A DNA stretch of 17,812 bases, taken from the NCBI GenBank assembly GCA_034190465.1, contig JAXINV010000064.1, positions 6,440 through 24,251 on the forward strand, in the 5' to 3' direction. The translations under genes and the position numbers were made by a program. The first letter of the stretch is position 1, and each line of letters begins with the position of its first letter. The notes under the pieces are model-generated. The model ran no database searches and was not told the DNA's origin. It saw nothing but the letters and a program-made list of their open reading frames with translations. Of this stretch, positions 7,576 through 15,223 are shown piece after piece. The DNA comes from Candidatus Asbonarchaeum danakilense. GTDB lineage: Archaea > Nanohalarchaeota > Nanosalinia > Nanosalinales > Nanoanaerosalinaceae.

Positions 7576-7970
7576 TCCTCCTCTTCGTCGTCACGACCGT
7601 CGTTCAGGATGTGGATGCCGAGTTCGTCTGCCTTCTCCAGGATGGCTTCACGCTTCCGACCACCGACATTGGAGGCGATCCGTGCCGCCTCTTCTTCGGG
7701 GTCCAGTTCGTCGAGATCCGCCGGCCTGTGGACGAGGATGTCCTCGTAGCCGGAGGGATGCAGGCCACGCACTGCTTCCGGTGCGCGGTACCCGGGATCG
7801 GGCATGTCCTTGGCGAACTTCTTCTTGAGGCGCACGTTGCTGTGTTTGCCCCGTGCACGTCGCCAGGACTCGGGGACGCGGTTCTGCTTGTGGGAGTTCT
7901 GCCGTGTGAAGTCCTTCTTTTTCTTCTCCCGTTCCCGCATCAGCCGTTCTTTCTCGTTGTCGTCAGTCAT
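7572..7970 (-). CDS. rpl32e: 50S ribosomal protein eL32
   Basis: FTRQNSHK..SWRRARGKHS, GYRAPEAVRGLHPSG, GIHILN. Confidence 0.97.
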   Translation of the reverse strand: MTDDNEKERLMREREKKKKDFTRQNSHKQNRVPESWRRARGKHSNVRLKKKFAKDMPDPGYRAPEAVRGLHPSGYEDILVHRPADLDELDPEEEAARIASNVGGRKREAILEKADELGIHILNDGRDDEEEE

Positions 7971-7972
7971 CG

Positions 7973-8494
7973 TTACTCACCTTTGCTCGTGATGTAGATA
8001 CCGTCCTGGAACTTCCGCGGGTCGCGTGTCCCCTTGTAGCATTCCTGTTCGATCCGTGCCGCGGTCTGTGAGACCTTCTCCTTGTCCGGGCCGGTGACAG
8101 TGATTTCGTCGTCGTTGATCTCGACGCTGACACCGTCCATGATCTCGACGCGCCGGTCGGACCGTTCACCGATGAAGTTCTGGATCACGACCTCGTTCCC
8201 CTCGACCTTGACGGACATGGGGAAGTGGGCGTAGACGGTCTTGAGCTTGTATTCATACGGTTCCTGAACGCCCTCGATCATGTTCTGGAGCTTGGAGCTG
8301 TACGTGCCGACGACCGCCTTGATATCGCGCTTGGTGGCGTCGGTCCGGACGGTGACGGTGTCGTCACCGATCTCGATGGCGACCTGCGGGTGCTCCAGCT
8401 TCTGCCGGATTTCATTGCTGTCGCTCTCGACGACGATGCTGTCGCCGTCCTGGCTGACCGTGATATCATCGGGGATCGTTACCTGTTCTTCCAT
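7973..8494 (-). CDS. rpl6: 50S ribosomal protein uL6
   Basis: YAHFPMSV, NFIGER, DKEKVSQTAARIEQ, RDPRKFQDGIYI. Confidence 0.97.
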   Translation of the reverse strand: MEEQVTIPDDITVSQDGDSIVVESDSNEIRQKLEHPQVAIEIGDDTVTVRTDATKRDIKAVVGTYSSKLQNMIEGVQEPYEYKLKTVYAHFPMSVKVEGNEVVIQNFIGERSDRRVEIMDGVSVEINDDEITVTGPDKEKVSQTAARIEQECYKGTRDPRKFQDGIYITSKGE

Positions 8495-8506
8495 CGTTGA
8501 TACACC

Positions 8507-8896
8507 TCAGTAGACGTAGGCGAGCAGCTTGCCACCGTGACCTTCCTCCTGGGCCTCTTCGTGCGTCATGACGCCCTGGGGCGTGGATACGAGCAGGTTG
8601 CCGAACCCACGCGCGGGAAGGTATCGCTTCTCGTACTTCTGATACCCGTCCTTGGAGACGGAGAACCGGGGTTTGATCGCGTTACAGTCGTTCAACGTCT
8701 TCTTCAGCTCGACCTTGAACTTGCCGGCTCTGCCGTCCTCGATCTGTTCGAACAGACCGATGTAGCCTTCCTGCTGCAAGATCTTGAGGACGTTCTTGAT
8801 CAGGTCGGATGCGGGCTCGACCGTGACTTCCTGCTTGCCAACCTCGCGTCCGTTCCTGATCGTCGAGAGAGCGTCCGCCAGTACGTCCTGTTGCAT
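8507..8896 (-). CDS. rps8: 30S ribosomal protein uS8
   Basis: [43 protein letters not shown]. Confidence 0.98.
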   Translation of the reverse strand: MQQDVLADALSTIRNGREVGKQEVTVEPASDLIKNVLKILQQEGYIGLFEQIEDGRAGKFKVELKKTLNDCNAIKPRFSVSKDGYQKYEKRYLPARGFGNLLVSTPQGVMTHEEAQEEGHGGKLLAYVY

Positions 8897-8911
8897 CGCT
8901 TATTCCACCTT

Positions 8912-9136
8912 CTAGCTCATCTTTTTAAATCCTAGTTTGGGCGCGATCTCGCGGAAGCACTGCCGACAGTAGTACAGGTCGTACTTCCGGATGATGCCGC
9001 GTCCTCTCCTGCCACAACGACGGCACTTGCGCTTCGCCTTGCCGAAGTCCCTGTCCTTGGGCTTGTTATGCTTCTTGAATCGCTTGACCTTGTTTTTATT
9101 ATGCTTGATCTGCTCCAGTACTCCTTCGTAGCTCAT
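8912..9136 (-). CDS. rps14: 30S ribosomal protein uS14 (zinc-binding)
   Basis: [30 protein letters not shown]. Confidence 0.97.
   Translation of the reverse strand: MSYEGVLEQIKHNKNKVKRFKKHNKPKDRDFGKAKRKCRRCGRRGRGIIRKYDLYYCRQCFREIAPKLGFKKMS
8922..8929 (-). promoter_or_regulatory. Internal TATA box in the rps14 3' end, upstream of rps8
   Basis: TTTAAAAA begins 33 nt upstream of the rps8 ATG. Confidence 0.55.
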
Positions 9137-9139
9137 AGC

Positions 9140-9652
9140 TTATGCACCCTCGATCTCGGCGCCGAACTGCTCTTGGACAAAGTTTACTGCCTCTTCAGGC
9201 GTGATACGGTGTTCCTTCCCGACATCGCGAGGATCCTCCTTCCGCCGTTTGACCCGGTATCCGGGCCGCTCCAGTGTGACGGCGACCTCGAACCCCCTCA
9301 TGCCGATGTCTGGGTCGTACTCCATACCGGGGACGTTAATGTACTCCTCGACGCCGAACGAGAAGTTACCGTGCTTGTCGAAGTTGCTCATGCTGATGTT
9401 CTCCTCGATCGCGTCGAACATACGGCCGAGGAAGTCGCGGGCCTTCTCACCGCGGATCGTCGTCTTGGCACCGATGTTCAGGCCGTCACGCAGACCGAAG
9501 CCTGTCGAGTTCGGACCTGACTCGGTCCGGACGGCGGTGGAATCAGTCATCCGTTCCAGCAGGTTGACCGCCTTCTCAACATCGTCACCGACCTCGCCGA
9601 TGCCGATGTTGACGGTGACCTTATGGATCTGGATCTGTTCCATCTCGTTCAT
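9140..9652 (-). CDS. rpl5: 50S ribosomal protein uL5
   Basis: KVTVNIGIGE, FDKHGNFSFG, YDPDIG, RPGYRV. Confidence 0.97.
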   Translation of the reverse strand: MNEMEQIQIHKVTVNIGIGEVGDDVEKAVNLLERMTDSTAVRTESGPNSTGFGLRDGLNIGAKTTIRGEKARDFLGRMFDAIEENISMSNFDKHGNFSFGVEEYINVPGMEYDPDIGMRGFEVAVTLERPGYRVKRRKEDPRDVGKEHRITPEEAVNFVQEQFGAEIEGA

Positions 9653-10329
9653 CAGAGCGCCACCTCCGGCTCGTCGTCGCCGACGACGAAGACGTAGTCC
9701 TCGATGGTTTCGAACGTGCCGTCATCGCTCTCCAGAGTGACACGGTTGGCCTGGGAGCCGCGGACGGTCTTGATATCCTGTACTTCCGCGATCTCGCCGA
9801 CGTGCTGGCCGGCGATGATGTATGCCTGGGCGCCTTCCTCGAGCGGCAGTCCGTTGACGATCTCGCCGTCCTTGAGGACGACGCTGCCCCGGGTGTCGTA
9901 GTCCTCCTCGACGATCCGGTTCTCGCCGCCGTCGAGGTTGAGCTGGGTGCGGTCGCCCTTCAGCGTGGTCTTGTCCTCGATCCGCCGGAGCCGCCTGTCG
10001 CCGTCGTCGACCTCCTGGAAGACCAAGCCGTCCTTGTCGACGGTGACGCGGAAGTCCTTGTCAAGCCTGTCGACTGAGATGACGTCCATGAAGCCGACGG
10101 TCCGCTGCGGGTCGGTCTCGACGGTGTTGTTGACGGCAACGTTCCGCGAGCTCAAGATCTGCTGTACCTCCGACAGGTCGTTCGCGTAGCCCAGCACGTC
10201 ACGGAGCAGGACGGCGATCGGGACGCCTTCCTCTTCGCTGTGCGGGCCCTTGCCTGTGATGACGTAGGCCGCGTCCTTCCGTTCGACGGGATAATGCCGC
10301 GGCGCTGAAAGTCGCTTCTGATGTGTCAT
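9652..10329 (-). CDS. rps4e: 30S ribosomal protein eS4
   Basis: HQKRLSAP, GPH, LRDVLGYA, VGFMDVI, QLNLDGG, YVFVVG. Confidence 0.97.
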   Translation of the reverse strand: MTHQKRLSAPRHYPVERKDAAYVITGKGPHSEEEGVPIAVLLRDVLGYANDLSEVQQILSSRNVAVNNTVETDPQRTVGFMDVISVDRLDKDFRVTVDKDGLVFQEVDDGDRRLRRIEDKTTLKGDRTQLNLDGGENRIVEEDYDTRGSVVLKDGEIVNGLPLEEGAQAYIIAGQHVGEIAEVQDIKTVRGSQANRVTLESDDGTFETIEDYVFVVGDDEPEVAL

Positions 10330-10863
10330 TTAGCTATCACCTTTTCCGTCGTCTTCATCTGCTTCCTCGCCGGTTTCGTCCCCGGCGTCGTCTGGGTCCT
10401 CCGCTTCATCGTCGTCCTCTGCATCTTCGTCGCTCGCCTCTGCCTCGTCTTCCTCGTCGGCCGCCTCGATCTCCTGCCTGTCCTCTTCGGAGACCTCGTA
10501 CTTGGCGAGCCGTTCCTCGTCGTCGAGGTCGAGCTTGGTGATCTTGAGGTTGGACGGGTCGATCGGGATCTTGGCGTCGGATGTGTCGACGCGCTCCGTC
10601 TCGACGCCGCTGATGTATACTTTCTTATCCTCGTAGTCGACGTCCTCGACACGGCCGGTCGCGTCCGACCACTCGCCCCGCATGATCTCTGCCTTGTCGC
10701 CTTCGCGGAGGGGGAGGGTCTTGGTCCCGACCCTGTCACGGACATCGTCGGCGAGCCGGGCGGAGAGGAACTTCTTCCGCTGATGGTATGGTGCGTTCTC
10801 CCTGTGCTTCCGCTGCTTGCCCGGCTTCTCTGAGCTCTGCCAGTTCTTGTTCCAGTCGCTCAT
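10330..10863 (-). CDS. rpl24: 50S ribosomal protein uL24 with a long acidic C-terminal tail
   Basis: PGKQRK..NAPYHQR, REGDKAEIMRG, PIDPSNLKITKLDL. Confidence 0.96.
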   Translation of the reverse strand: MSDWNKNWQSSEKPGKQRKHRENAPYHQRKKFLSARLADDVRDRVGTKTLPLREGDKAEIMRGEWSDATGRVEDVDYEDKKVYISGVETERVDTSDAKIPIDPSNLKITKLDLDDEERLAKYEVSEEDRQEIEAADEEDEAEASDEDAEDDDEAEDPDDAGDETGEEADEDDGKGDS

Positions 10864-10873
10864 CCTGTATCAC

Positions 10874-11275
10874 CTATACGACGATCGACGCGATCTTGCC
10901 GACGGGCGCATATCGCTCGACGACCTCTTTCGCGACCACGCCCTTGACCCGGTTGGCCTTGGGCATGTCGGAGTCCTGTTCGAGCAGGACGGCTGCGTTG
11001 TCCTCGAAGCTGACACGCCGCCCGTTCCCGCGCTGGAAGTCCCTCTTCTGCCGGATGATGACGGCGTCGTATGTCTCGCCTTTCATCTCCTGTTCGCCCT
11101 TCATGACCCGGACGGTGATCCGGTCGGAGACGCCACAGGAGTTCCGGCGCTCGCTCGTGTTCTTCTGTGCACGGACGCCGATGACCTTGAGCTTCTTGGC
11201 GCCGGAGTTGTCGGCGCAGTTGAGCGTCGATCCGATCTCAAGGCCGCGTGCAATGTTTGATGTCAGTGCCTTCAT
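10874..11275 (-). CDS. rpl14: 50S ribosomal protein uL14
   Basis: CADNSGAK, AVIIRQ, FEDNAAV, ASIVV. Confidence 0.97.
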   Translation of the reverse strand: MKALTSNIARGLEIGSTLNCADNSGAKKLKVIGVRAQKNTSERRNSCGVSDRITVRVMKGEQEMKGETYDAVIIRQKRDFQRGNGRRVSFEDNAAVLLEQDSDMPKANRVKGVVAKEVVERYAPVGKIASIVV

Positions 11276-11277
11276 CG

Positions 11278-11613
11278 TCACTCAGCCTCGTGCTTCTCGA
11301 CGATGACGAACTTCTTGGTTTTGGAGAGAGGACGACACTCCGCGATCGTGACGGTGTCGCCCTCGTCAGCATTGATACACCCGGGGTTGTGGACGTTGAC
11401 ACGTGTGTTCCGTCGTTCGTACCGTTCATACTTGGGCAGCTTCTCCGCGTACTCCCAGGAGACGACGGCCGTTTTTTCCATCTTTGTGGATTCGACCGTG
11501 CCCTCGAAGGTCCTGCCTCTGACCGGAAGGCTGCCGTGGAACGGACATTCGTCGTCCTCACAGCTTCCTTCGGGATCTGCTACGTCAAGTCCGATGTCTC
11601 GTGCTTCTGCCAT
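11278..11613 (-). CDS. rps17: 30S ribosomal protein uS17
   Basis: IGLDV..CPFHGSLPVRG, KYERYERR, ECRPLSKTK. ATG at 11613 is preceded by a GGTGA SD. Confidence 0.97.
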   Translation of the reverse strand: MAEARDIGLDVADPEGSCEDDECPFHGSLPVRGRTFEGTVESTKMEKTAVVSWEYAEKLPKYERYERRNTRVNVHNPGCINADEGDTVTIAECRPLSKTKKFVIVEKHEAE

Positions 11614-11626
11614 CTTGTTCACCTTG

Positions 11627-11920
11627 TCATGCAACGTACCCCCATTTCCCGGGGAGGTCCTTGCCTATCCGTTCTTCTGGCCGTCCGGCCAACAGTCTTC
11701 CATTGACCCGAACCTTTAAATCCCCAAGGTGGAAGCGGAAGACGCTCTCTTCCTTCGGGATCTGCCGCTCGCCTTGGTCGGTATCCAGGACGAGGGTGTT
11801 CTTCGTTTCGTCGACCACCGTGCCTGTTATCCCCTCACGCGAGGGGTCGGTGGCCTCAACGACCTCCGCCTCGAGCCCGATGAGTTCGTGCCGGGGGAGA
11901 TTGTCGGGTGTCCGTGGCAT
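11627..11920 (-). CDS. rnp1: Ribonuclease P protein component 1 (Rpp29/POP4)
   Basis: HELIGL, GTVVDETKNTL, IPK, G..L.GRPEERI; conserved position before uS17. Confidence 0.95.
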   Translation of the reverse strand: MPRTPDNLPRHELIGLEAEVVEATDPSREGITGTVVDETKNTLVLDTDQGERQIPKEESVFRFHLGDLKVRVNGRLLAGRPEERIGKDLPGKWGYVA

Positions 11921-11923
11921 CGC

Positions 11924-12235
11924 TTATCTGTCGACCTCGATCGATTCCTCGTCGAACCCGAGGTCCTGCAACACGTCCTTGATCCGCCGCCGGTGGTCGC
12001 CCTGGAGCTCGATGGTGCCGTCCTTCGATGTGCCACCGCAGGCGAGCTTGGATTTGAGCTTCGTCTCCAGGTCGTCGATGTCGACCTCCTTGTCGTCCAG
12101 GCCGTCGACGACGGTGACTTTCTTCCCGAAGCTCCGTTCTGTGATACTGACTTCGATCTTTTGGCCTTCTCGTGCGATGCTTTTACACACGCAGATATCT
12201 TTCGGGAGTCCGCACTTGGGACAGGTCTCTGTCAT
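11924..12235 (-). CDS. sui1: Translation initiation factor aIF1 (SUI1/YciH family)
   Basis: CPKCGLPKDICVC, LKSKLACGGT, IELQGDH. Confidence 0.97.
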   Translation of the reverse strand: MTETCPKCGLPKDICVCKSIAREGQKIEVSITERSFGKKVTVVDGLDDKEVDIDDLETKLKSKLACGGTSKDGTIELQGDHRRRIKDVLQDLGFDEESIEVDR

Positions 12236-12432
12236 TGTTCCTCCTGGTTGAGTATTGTCTTGATCCGGGCGATGGTGCGCCTGATCTCCTTGATCCGGCC
12301 GGTGTTCTCGGGGAACCCGCCGATGGCGACCTTGCCCATCTCCTTCGCCCGCTCAAGCTCGAGGTCGTCGAGCTGTTCCTCCAGCTCGCTGCGGGACATG
12401 TTCCGTATCTCGTCGGGTGTGAGGATTGCCAT
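12232..12432 (-). CDS. rpl29: 50S ribosomal protein uL29
   Basis: MAIL..EIRNMS, PENTGRIKEIRRTIARIKTI. Confidence 0.97.
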   Translation of the reverse strand: MAILTPDEIRNMSRSELEEQLDDLELERAKEMGKVAIGGFPENTGRIKEIRRTIARIKTILNQEEQ

Positions 12433-12438
12433 TGTGTA

Positions 12439-13311
12439 TCACTCCATCTGGGATTCGATCCAGCTGACGAGTGTTTTCCTGTCCTTGTTGTCCTGCTCTG
12501 CCTCGAGCAGGGCCTCGTAGTCGACGTCGTCCTCGTCGTCCAGTTCGGCCTTGATGTCCTTGATCGTGTTGGTGACGAGTTCCTCGTAGTCGATGTCGCT
12601 CTCGCTGCCGGAGGACGCCTCGGTCTCGGCCGCTTCGTCGGCCGTCTCTTCGGCCTCCTGTTCCTCGCCGTCCTGTCCTTCGTCCTCGACGACGGGTTCG
12701 GGTTCTTCGTCTTCAACGACGTCCTGACTGACCTGCTGCCGGGTCATGTAGCCTGGCAGCTCTTTCATGATACGGACCTTGACACCGAGTGCGCCGGGCT
12801 GTGTGACTGCTGCCCGGTACGCGGAGTCGACGTACTGTTCCGCGGTGTTGCCGCATTTCTTGACGTATCCCTGTGTGAATTTCTCGCTGCGCCCTCTGCT
12901 GCCTGACAGCTTGCCGGCGATCTCGATCTGGACGCCGACGGCACCGGCATCCATGACACGCCGGGTGTATGTGTTACCGACACGCTTCGGGTGGCCGCCT
13001 TTCTCCAGCCAGCCCTGGATGTTCTTGGCGACGACCTCGGCGTCCAGGTCGGGCTCTTCGACTTCCTGCGCCTCGACCTGTGGGTTCTCGATGCCGAAGT
13101 CGTCCTTCAGCTTGCGTGTCACTTCCTTGATCCGGTGGCCGCCCCGTCCGATGACGAGGCCGGGCTTCTCGGAGTAGATGGTTATCTTCGTCGATGTTGA
13201 GGTCTTGGTGAAGTCGATGTGGCTGTAGTTGGCCTTGTCCAGTTCATCTTCCAGCCACTCGTCGATCTTGACCTTCTTGATGCTGTCCTGCACGAACTGC
13301 TTTTCGATCAT
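12439..13311 (-). CDS. rps3: 30S ribosomal protein uS3 with an acidic linker and an extra C-terminal module
   Basis: KH motif KPGLVIGRGG, GAVGVQIEIAGKL, GVKVRIM. Confidence 0.97.
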   Translation of the reverse strand: MIEKQFVQDSIKKVKIDEWLEDELDKANYSHIDFTKTSTSTKITIYSEKPGLVIGRGGHRIKEVTRKLKDDFGIENPQVEAQEVEEPDLDAEVVAKNIQGWLEKGGHPKRVGNTYTRRVMDAGAVGVQIEIAGKLSGSRGRSEKFTQGYVKKCGNTAEQYVDSAYRAAVTQPGALGVKVRIMKELPGYMTRQQVSQDVVEDEEPEPVVEDEGQDGEEQEAEETADEAAETEASSGSESDIDYEELVTNTIKDIKAELDDEDDVDYEALLEAEQDNKDRKTLVSWIESQME

Positions 13312-13314
13312 TAG

Positions 13315-13728
13315 CTATCGCTCCCGTAGCTTGATGGTGATGTGAGCCGACTTGGGCTCCTCACCTCTGTTACGTTTCGGTGTCGGCTGGGACCTGCCCT
13401 GGTTGGCGTAGAACTCGTGGATGTACAGCTTGTCCGCCGCCAGTCCCTCGTTGATGGCGTTCTGCTCCGCGCTCTCGAGGAGCTGGAGCACTTCCTTGGC
13501 TGACGCGACAGGGTACCGTCCGCTGTCCATGTCACCGCTCTTGTGCGCGAGGTCGGAGTCGTACTTGGTGTACGGTACCGGCTGCTCTTTGTCGATGACA
13601 CGCTGCAGTTTCTCCTTTGCCTCGTCCACAGGGTCGTCGCTGATGAAACGCCCGATCTCCACGCAGTGCTTCCGGGAGACGGAGACGTTGACCCCGCGTG
13701 CCTTTGCTTCCTGTACGCTGTCGGCCAT
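13315..13728 (-). CDS. rpl22: 50S ribosomal protein uL22
   Basis: VSRKHCVEI, GRYPV, AEQNA, final HI..L; conserved position. Confidence 0.95.
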   Translation of the reverse strand: MADSVQEAKARGVNVSVSRKHCVEIGRFISDDPVDEAKEKLQRVIDKEQPVPYTKYDSDLAHKSGDMDSGRYPVASAKEVLQLLESAEQNAINEGLAADKLYIHEFYANQGRSQPTPKRNRGEEPKSAHITIKLRER

Positions 13729-13737
13729 GGTATCACG

Positions 13738-14115
13738 CTACTTGAGTGGGATGAACTTGGAGCTCCGTGTTGCACCCAGTCCGGGTGCGGAGTGCTCCAC
13801 TTCCTTACGGTTTCGTGTGAACTCGCCGAGGTAGTGGCCGATCATCCGCTCCTCGACCTCGACGGTGACGTATTCCTGTCCGTTGTATACCTCGATGGTC
13901 GTCCCGACCATCTCCGGGACGACGATCATGTCACGCTCATGTGTCTTGACGTGATCGTTTTCCCTGACCTTCTGCAGCAGTTTCTTCTGCCTGTCGGTCA
14001 GGCCGCGCTTGATGCTTCGTCGCTGCCGCGCCGGCAACAGCTCTGCGAACTCGTCCATATCCATTTTCTGGAGTTCGTCGAGCGTCTTGCCGCGGTACGT
14101 GAAATCGTTAGCCAT
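13738..14115 (-). CDS. rps19: 30S ribosomal protein uS19
   Basis: [40 protein letters not shown]. Confidence 0.98.
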   Translation of the reverse strand: MANDFTYRGKTLDELQKMDMDEFAELLPARQRRSIKRGLTDRQKKLLQKVRENDHVKTHERDMIVVPEMVGTTIEVYNGQEYVTVEVEERMIGHYLGEFTRNRKEVEHSAPGLGATRSSKFIPLK

Positions 14116-14142
14116 CTTATAAGGCACCCTTCCTTCTCAAGG

Positions 14143-14205
14143 TCACTCAGGTTCCACCGTCGCTCTCGCTCCGGTGCCTGATGTTGTGAATGTTGTTTGT
14201 TCCAT
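14143..14205 (-). other. Candidate 20-aa upstream ORF (MEQTTFTTSGTGARATVEPE)
   Basis: ATG lies 5 nt after the rpl2 stop, behind a strong GGAGGAGTGA SD-like run; in frame with rps19. Confidence 0.4.
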
Positions 14206-14210
14206 GATGT

Positions 14211-14945
14211 TCACTCCTCCTTCTTGCCGGTCCGTGACGCGGCGTTGCTGCCAACCTTCTTGCCGGCAGGCGCGTGCCGCGAGACCGTCTTGGGCTTGCC
14301 TGGTTTGGCGGAACCACCGAACGGGTGGTCGGTCGCGTTCATCGCGACGGCGGACGTCTTCGGGTACAGCTTGCCACGCGCCTTCTCGCGGTGGTGCTTG
14401 TCCCCTGCCTTGCGGAACTCCTTGTCCCGCTTGCCGGCGCCGGCGACCTGTCCGATCGTCGCACGGCAGTCCGGGTTGAACTCCTTGATCTCTTGGGACG
14501 GGAGCTGGACAAGGGTCTTGTCCGCCTCGTGCGTGACGATGAACGCGTACGTGCCGGCGGAACGGGAGATCTTCCCACCGTCACCGGGCTGTAGCTCGAT
14601 ATTGAACACGGGCACGCCCTCAGGGATCTCCCTGAGCGGGAGCGTGTTCCCCTTCTCGAGCGGGGCCTCCCGCGAGATCGTCACTGTATCGCCCTCGGCC
14701 AGTCCTTCCGGCGCGAGGATGTATTCTTTATCATCACTCGATCGAGCGGAATCATCCGATTCCGTCGAGTCTGCAAACTGCACTTCTGCGACGGGCGCTG
14801 TCCGGGCGGGGTCGTGCTCGATGTCGACGACCTCACCTTCCTTCTCGCCCTGCGGGTGCTCGATGTTGCCTTTCCCGCGGTGCGTGTTCGCCTGGTACCG
14901 GTTGCTTCCCTTGCCACGTCGCTGTGTTATGATGCGCTTACCCAT
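14211..14945 (-). CDS. rpl2: 50S ribosomal protein uL2 with an ~11-aa insertion
   Basis: MGKRIITQRRG, HDPARTAP, PGDGGK, MNATDHPFGG, GKKVG..A.RTG. Confidence 0.97.
   Translation of the reverse strand: MGKRIITQRRGKGSNRYQANTHRGKGNIEHPQGEKEGEVVDIEHDPARTAPVAEVQFADSTESDDSARSSDDKEYILAPEGLAEGDTVTISREAPLEKGNTLPLREIPEGVPVFNIELQPGDGGKISRSAGTYAFIVTHEADKTLVQLPSQEIKEFNPDCRATIGQVAGAGKRDKEFRKAGDKHHREKARGKLYPKTSAVAMNATDHPFGGSAKPGKPKTVSRHAPAGKKVGSNAASRTGKKEE
14736..14770. repeat. Palindromic element inserted in frame in rpl2
   Basis: ACTCGA-[TCGAG]-CGGAATC-ATCC-GATTCCG-TCGAGT hairpin; resembles 193-227. Confidence 0.7.
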
Positions 14946-14956
14946 TGCTACTCACC

Positions 14957-15223
14957 TTACAGCATGCCGAGCTGTGTGGCGACGTCCAGTGCCTCGTAGT
15001 CCGGTGTGAGGCGGACGTACGCTTTCTTCTCGCCATCCTGTGTTACCTGTGTGTTTACGTTATCGACACCGACGTCGAACAGGTTCTCGACCGCGCCCTG
15101 GATTTGCGGCTTGTTCGCCCGTTCGTCGACGATGAAGACGAGGGTGTTGTCCTCGTCCACCTTGCCGACGGACTTCTCCGTCAGGTGCGGGTGCTTGATG
15201 ATATCCCAGTCTCGCTTATCCAT
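14957..15223 (-). CDS. rpl23: 50S ribosomal protein uL23
   Basis: HPHLTEK, NTLVFIVD, KKAYVRL. Confidence 0.97.
   Translation of the reverse strand: MDKRDWDIIKHPHLTEKSVGKVDEDNTLVFIVDERANKPQIQGAVENLFDVGVDNVNTQVTQDGEKKAYVRLTPDYEALDVATQLGML

Noticed and set aside
7406..7594. 62-aa track ORF MTTKRRNEHG...
   Set aside because: Wrong frame; the CxxC-containing frame 7399..7575 has the SD, the ATGA coupling and host-like composition.
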